The notes under the pieces were generated by a model. It searched no databases and had not been told where the DNA came from. It was given only the letters and a program-made list of their open reading frames with translations. The position numbers and the translations under genes were made by a program. Positions 14,877 to 20,000 of a stretch of 20,000 bases of DNA are shown here, in pieces. How positions within the stretch are numbered: the stretch's first letter is position 1; every line of letters starts with the position of its first letter. The stretch covers positions 57,130 through 77,129 of the forward strand of contig JAKLKB010000018.1 of assembly GCA_023150835.1 (NCBI GenBank), read 5' to 3'. This DNA is from Myxococcota bacterium. Its GTDB lineage: Bacteria; Myxococcota_C; UBA6777.

Positions 14877-17090
14877 ATGCTCACACCATCTTCCAACCCC
14901 CGTCGCTTCTGTTTGACCGATCCGCCGCGCCATGTTCGGAACTCTCATGCTGGGAGATGGTTGCGGATGTTGGGCTTATTCGCCTTGTTTTCCTTGGTGT
15001 CTTGTGGCATCCACCGCGAAGAAGAAGACGCACACGAACACCAAGATCACCATGAACCCGAACGTTGCGGGGCGCCGCTGTATCGTTTCCCCCAAGGCTC
15101 GGAGCATTTCTCGAAGGGGCCTTTGGGCGTTCACGTCGCTGCTCAAACCTGCGGCTCAGGCATGAAACCCCCGTCGATGGGAGGTTTTTCGCGTGGCGTG
15201 GAAGGATACACTTCCTACGTCGGACAAAGCACCTGTGACCCAAGCGCCAAAAGCGGTGTGACGGCCTTCAAAGATCTACTCTTGGCAACGTATCCATGCA
15301 CCGCAAGCTACGGGATTGTCCGCGCTTGCAACGTCGGTGGAACCAGCGAACACAAAGAAGGGCGGGCCTTTGACTGGGGCGTGTCAGCTTTTACACAAAA
15401 ACACGTCGCGGATTCTTTGCTCCAATGGCTGCTTGCCACCGATGCCCAAGGCAACAAACACGCCATAGCCCGTCGTTTGGGCATCATGTACATGGTCTGG
15501 AACAAACAGATCTGGCGCTCTTATCGCAGCCCCGACACATGGTCTACTTATACAGGCTCCAACCCGCACACCGATCACGTCCACTTTAGCTTTGGCTGGG
15601 ATGGGGCCAACAAAAAGACCAGCTTTTGGACAGGCGGAGCTACCGAGATCTGCTCTGCCACCCAAAATCAAAATTGCGCAAACTTCGGATGCCAGTGCGT
15701 AAGCGGAAATTGTGCTGGCGGCTTTTGCCCGGGCAACGGTTGTACATCCCAAGAGACCGGCGATTGCGCAAAGTTTGGTTGTGGGTGTGTCGATCATAAA
15801 TGCGCAGGGGGCGCTTGTGCAGGCTCGGGCTGTACCGCCAAAGAAGAAAAAGACTGCGGAGGATTCGGGTGCAATTGCGCCGATCACAAGTGTTCGGGCG
15901 GATTTTGCGCAGGTTCGGGCTGCACTCTCAAAGAAGAAACCGAGTGCAAGCAAAAAGGCTGTGGATGCGTCGATCACAAGTGTTCGGGAGGCTCGTGCAA
16001 CGGCGAGGGATGCACCGCCAAGCTCCAAACGGATTGCAAAAACCAAGGCTGCACTTGCAAGGACATGAAGTGCGTCTGTTGCACCCCAAGCACCGAGATC
16101 TGCGACAACAAAGACAACGATTGCGATGGCAAGATCGACGAAGATATCTCGCGTGATTGTAAGACAGCCTGTGGAAGCGGCAAAGAGACCTGCCGCGCTG
16201 GAAATTGGGAAGGCTGCACCGCCCCCAAGCCACAACCCGAGATCTGCGACGGCAAAGACAACGACTGCAACGGCCAGATCGACGAAGGCTGTCAATGCCA
16301 AAGCGGAACCTCCCGACCTTGCGGAAAGAGCGTCGGCACTTGCAAAGAAGGTACGCAGGCCTGCGAGGGCGGAAAATGGGGAGCGTGTACAGGCATCGAA
16401 GCGGTTGCTGAGACCTGCGATGGCAAAGACAACGATTGCAACGGCCAGATCGACGACGGCCCTCTCGGTGGCGAAGAGTGTGATCTCGGTGGAGGCGCTG
16501 GCAAGGGGCGTTTGGTGTGTTTTAAGGGGCAGATGCTTTGCCAAGCAAGCACCGAAGAAACGCCCCCCCTCGAAAAAACCCCCGAACCCTCGAACGAATC
16601 ACCCTCTCCAGAAGATGCAAGCCCACCCGAAGAAAGTATCTGTGTCGAAGGGCGACTTTGCCTTGAACCGATCCCCGAAGAAAAGAAGCTGGCTTTGGGA
16701 GAAAGCTGCAAAGATATGTCTGACTGCGAAAGCAACCTTTGTCTGACTTTAGAAGGATCTTCGCGCTGCTCCAAGCCATGCAGCAGCGCCATCGAATGTG
16801 CGGGCGAGATGGAGTGCAAAGACGGAAAAGCCTGTTGGCCCCGTGATGGTGTCTTGAAACTGGATAGCGGCGAACAAACCTGCAAAACCGACAGCGATTG
16901 CACCAGCGGTCAAGCTTGTGACCAAGGCTTTTGTGTCGCTGCACACGAGCTGCGCCCCGTCGGATCGGGATGCACTTGCTCGCACACTTCTCCTTCGACG
17001 CCTCCGCTCGGAGGACTCGGCCTCTTGCTTTTGCTGTGGTTGCGGCGGCGAAAAAAGATGGGGCTTGACGCAAGTCCCTCGCTCGCTTAG
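14877..17090 (+). CDS. Exported M15/Hedgehog-DD-peptidase-like Zn hydrolase with Cys-rich repeats, MopE-like motifs and MYXO-CTERM-like tail
   Basis: Lipobox-like LVS-C; SEHKEGRAFD (HxxxxxxD) plus HTDHVH (HxH); 30-aa Cys repeats; 3x ExCDxKDNDCxGxID; C-terminal GSGCTC..GLGLLLLLWLRRRKK. Start uncertain (14877, or 14961/14967). Confidence 0.8.
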   Translation: MLTPSSNPRRFCLTDPPRHVRNSHAGRWLRMLGLFALFSLVSCGIHREEEDAHEHQDHHEPERCGAPLYRFPQGSEHFSKGPLGVHVAAQTCGSGMKPPSMGGFSRGVEGYTSYVGQSTCDPSAKSGVTAFKDLLLATYPCTASYGIVRACNVGGTSEHKEGRAFDWGVSAFTQKHVADSLLQWLLATDAQGNKHAIARRLGIMYMVWNKQIWRSYRSPDTWSTYTGSNPHTDHVHFSFGWDGANKKTSFWTGGATEICSATQNQNCANFGCQCVSGNCAGGFCPGNGCTSQETGDCAKFGCGCVDHKCAGGACAGSGCTAKEEKDCGGFGCNCADHKCSGGFCAGSGCTLKEETECKQKGCGCVDHKCSGGSCNGEGCTAKLQTDCKNQGCTCKDMKCVCCTPSTEICDNKDNDCDGKIDEDISRDCKTACGSGKETCRAGNWEGCTAPKPQPEICDGKDNDCNGQIDEGCQCQSGTSRPCGKSVGTCKEGTQACEGGKWGACTGIEAVAETCDGKDNDCNGQIDDGPLGGEECDLGGGAGKGRLVCFKGQMLCQASTEETPPLEKTPEPSNESPSPEDASPPEESICVEGRLCLEPIPEEKKLALGESCKDMSDCESNLCLTLEGSSRCSKPCSSAIECAGEMECKDGKACWPRDGVLKLDSGEQTCKTDSDCTSGQACDQGFCVAAHELRPVGSGCTCSHTSPSTPPLGGLGLLLLLWLRRRKKMGLDASPSLA

Positions 17091-17164
17091 GAAGAGAGGC
17101 CAAAGTTTTCCCCTCAGCCCTTCTCTCTCAACGAAGTGGCCCTATACTGCGAAGGAGTGCGCAC

Positions 17165-18533
<1,369 letters not shown>

Positions 18534-18556
<23 letters not shown>

Positions 18557-18595
18557 TTCCCCCCCAAACAGCCCCCCCAAGGCGGCATCCAAGAA
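18534..18595 (+). repeat. 20-bp direct repeat duplicating the fumC 3' end
   Basis: CCCAAGGCGGCATCCAAGAA exact at 18534-18553 and 18576-18595. Confidence 0.9.
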
Positions 18596-18723
18596 CCAAC
18601 CGACAAAGGGGCAATGGGGCGCACACCCGCACGATGCAACACACCATACCAACGGTTGCATCCCATCCTCGGCCTTTTCAGCGCGGTGTACGTCGCTTGT
18701 CCGAACAACCACGAGGACTCCCG

Positions 18724-19668
18724 ATGCACCGCAAGATCCAACCCTTTCTTTTTGTCTTGTTTTTCGCTCTCTGCTTTCCTTTTCTGTATTGCAGCCCTTC
18801 CCCCACCGAAGAACCCGCCCAAGAACCCCGCATCGAAGCCTCGATCGAGTCGCTCCCCGAACCCATCGCCGAAACCACCTCCGAACCAAAGCCCGAACCT
18901 ACCGCCGAAACAAGCCTTGAGTCACAGCCCGAGCCTACGGTCGAAACGACCCCCGAACCACAGCCCGAACCCACCGCTGAAAACAGCCTCCCCGATGCTG
19001 AACACGTCCTTGAACCCCCTGCTCCCGAACTGATCCCTGAGATCATCACAGAGCAGATCCTCCCCCAACCCGGCTTTGGCCAGATCACGGGGGCCTGCGG
19101 TGAACTGGACGACTCCGAGTGGAATTCCTCGAACTCCTTTCTGTTTCGCAACACCATCGATCTCGGAACAACGGGCTTTGATGAAACCAAACTCACCGCA
19201 GGAGGCCAAAAACTGTGGAAAGATGGCAACCTCGGAGGAAGCTCTGTTCATTCAGAGATATTTGCTTATGAAGTCTTACAACGTTGTGAACTCGCCAAAC
19301 TCCTCAAAAGCGAACGAGAGATCCAATACACCAGCAGCAGCGGAAAAAAGACCGATATCTTGGTCGAGATCGACACCCGAAAGATCGGCGTCAGCGTCAC
19401 CCGCGCTTTTCATTACCCTCCCACCACCCCCTACACCGTCCAAGAAGCCACCGATCTGCTCAAAAAGAAGCTGAGCGATATCCCATTGAGCGCTTCCAAC
19501 GCCGCCCCCCAAGACGCATGGGTCCGTTCGATCCTTTCGGTGATCGCATACGACAAACAATACGCCGACACCGTCGAACAAGCCTACAAACAACTTGACG
19601 CCCAAACCAAGGCCAACATCATCTTAATCGTCACCGTCACCGACGGCAAAGACGATTACGTTTATTGA
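18724..19668 (+). CDS. Putative lipoprotein with P/E-rich linker and C-terminal PD-(D/E)xK-like domain
   Basis: ATG 18724 after GAGGA; leader ..FPFLY-C; EP/PE repeats; then GGSSVHSEIFAYEVL..KSEREIQY..KKTDILVEID..KIGVSVTRAF. The CDS is secure but the function call is tentative. Confidence 0.65.
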   Translation: MHRKIQPFLFVLFFALCFPFLYCSPSPTEEPAQEPRIEASIESLPEPIAETTSEPKPEPTAETSLESQPEPTVETTPEPQPEPTAENSLPDAEHVLEPPAPELIPEIITEQILPQPGFGQITGACGELDDSEWNSSNSFLFRNTIDLGTTGFDETKLTAGGQKLWKDGNLGGSSVHSEIFAYEVLQRCELAKLLKSEREIQYTSSSGKKTDILVEIDTRKIGVSVTRAFHYPPTTPYTVQEATDLLKKKLSDIPLSASNAAPQDAWVRSILSVIAYDKQYADTVEQAYKQLDAQTKANIILIVTVTDGKDDYVY

Positions 19669-19694
19669 TGGGCCTCACTTGTCGAGTTTGTTTT

Positions 19695-19767
19695 GTGGGA
19701 CGCTGCCCCATAGGCGTTAGGTTAAGCCGAGGAAAGCCCCACCCACCCCGCCCTCCCCCTTACATGG
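19695..19767 (+). repeat. Family II repeat, truncated copy F
   Basis: GTGGGACGCTGCCCCATAGGCGTTAGGTTAAGCCGAGGAAAGCCCCACCCACCCCGCCCTCCCCC aligns with the reverse complement of about 12805-12866. Confidence 0.8.
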
Positions 19768-19811
19768 GTAAAAACGCGGGCATCACGCAGAGGATGTCGA
19801 AAAGAAGAGTC

Positions 19812-20000
19812 CACGGAAAGCACGGAAAGTACGGAAAGTACGGAAAGTACGGAAAGTACGGAAAGCACGGAAAGTACGGAAAGCACGGAAAGTACGGAAA
19901 GTACGGAAAGTACGGAAAGTACGGAAAGTACGGAAAGTACGGAAAGTACGGAAAGTACGGAAAGTACGGAAAGTACGGAAAGTACGGAAAGTACGGAAAG
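19812..20000. repeat. 9-bp tandem array (YACGGAAAG)x21, continuing past the window edge
   Basis: 189 bp = 21 units. Units 1, 2, 7 and 9 are CACGGAAAG; the rest are TACGGAAAG. Confidence 0.98.

Noticed and set aside
15384-16544. 386-aa minus-strand ORF
   Set aside because: Antisense shadow of the Cys-rich peptidase gene, with no recognisable motifs.
19812-20000. CRISPR array or telomere
   Set aside because: No spacers, a unit of only 9 bp, no cas genes, and no evidence of a linear replicon end.

Overview
Bacterial chromosomal window, probably from a Myxococcota/deltaproteobacterial-type organism (MYXO-CTERM-like tail, MopE-like 'EICDGKDNDCNG' motifs, Cys-rich lipoproteins). It holds 13 genes with little operon structure. 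Housekeeping or metabolic genes: NmrA-like oxidoreductase (partial), alpha/beta hydrolase, YaiI/YqxD, pirin, TesB-like thioesterase, fumC. Other genes: a stand-alone SecA2-like ATPase with a hydrophobic C-terminal tail, WD40-like and TPR proteins, and four exported modular proteins (a 105-triplet collagen-like lipoprotein, a pacifastin/VWC + Kazal multi-head inhibitor, an M15-like Zn-peptidase on a Cys-rich stalk, and a PD-(D/E)xK-like lipoprotein). The most striking unexplained signal is intergenic. Five diverged copies of a ~120-230 bp element share stems with compensatory changes and G-T wobbles, and have imperfect terminal inverted repeats (AGGAGTGACGCAGTTGG ... CCAACTGCGTAAGTCCT). A second REPIN-like family shares a hairpin with it, and a 21-copy 9-bp tandem array runs off the right edge. 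No transposase, CRISPR array, rRNA or tRNA was seen. All calls are by eye, without database searches.
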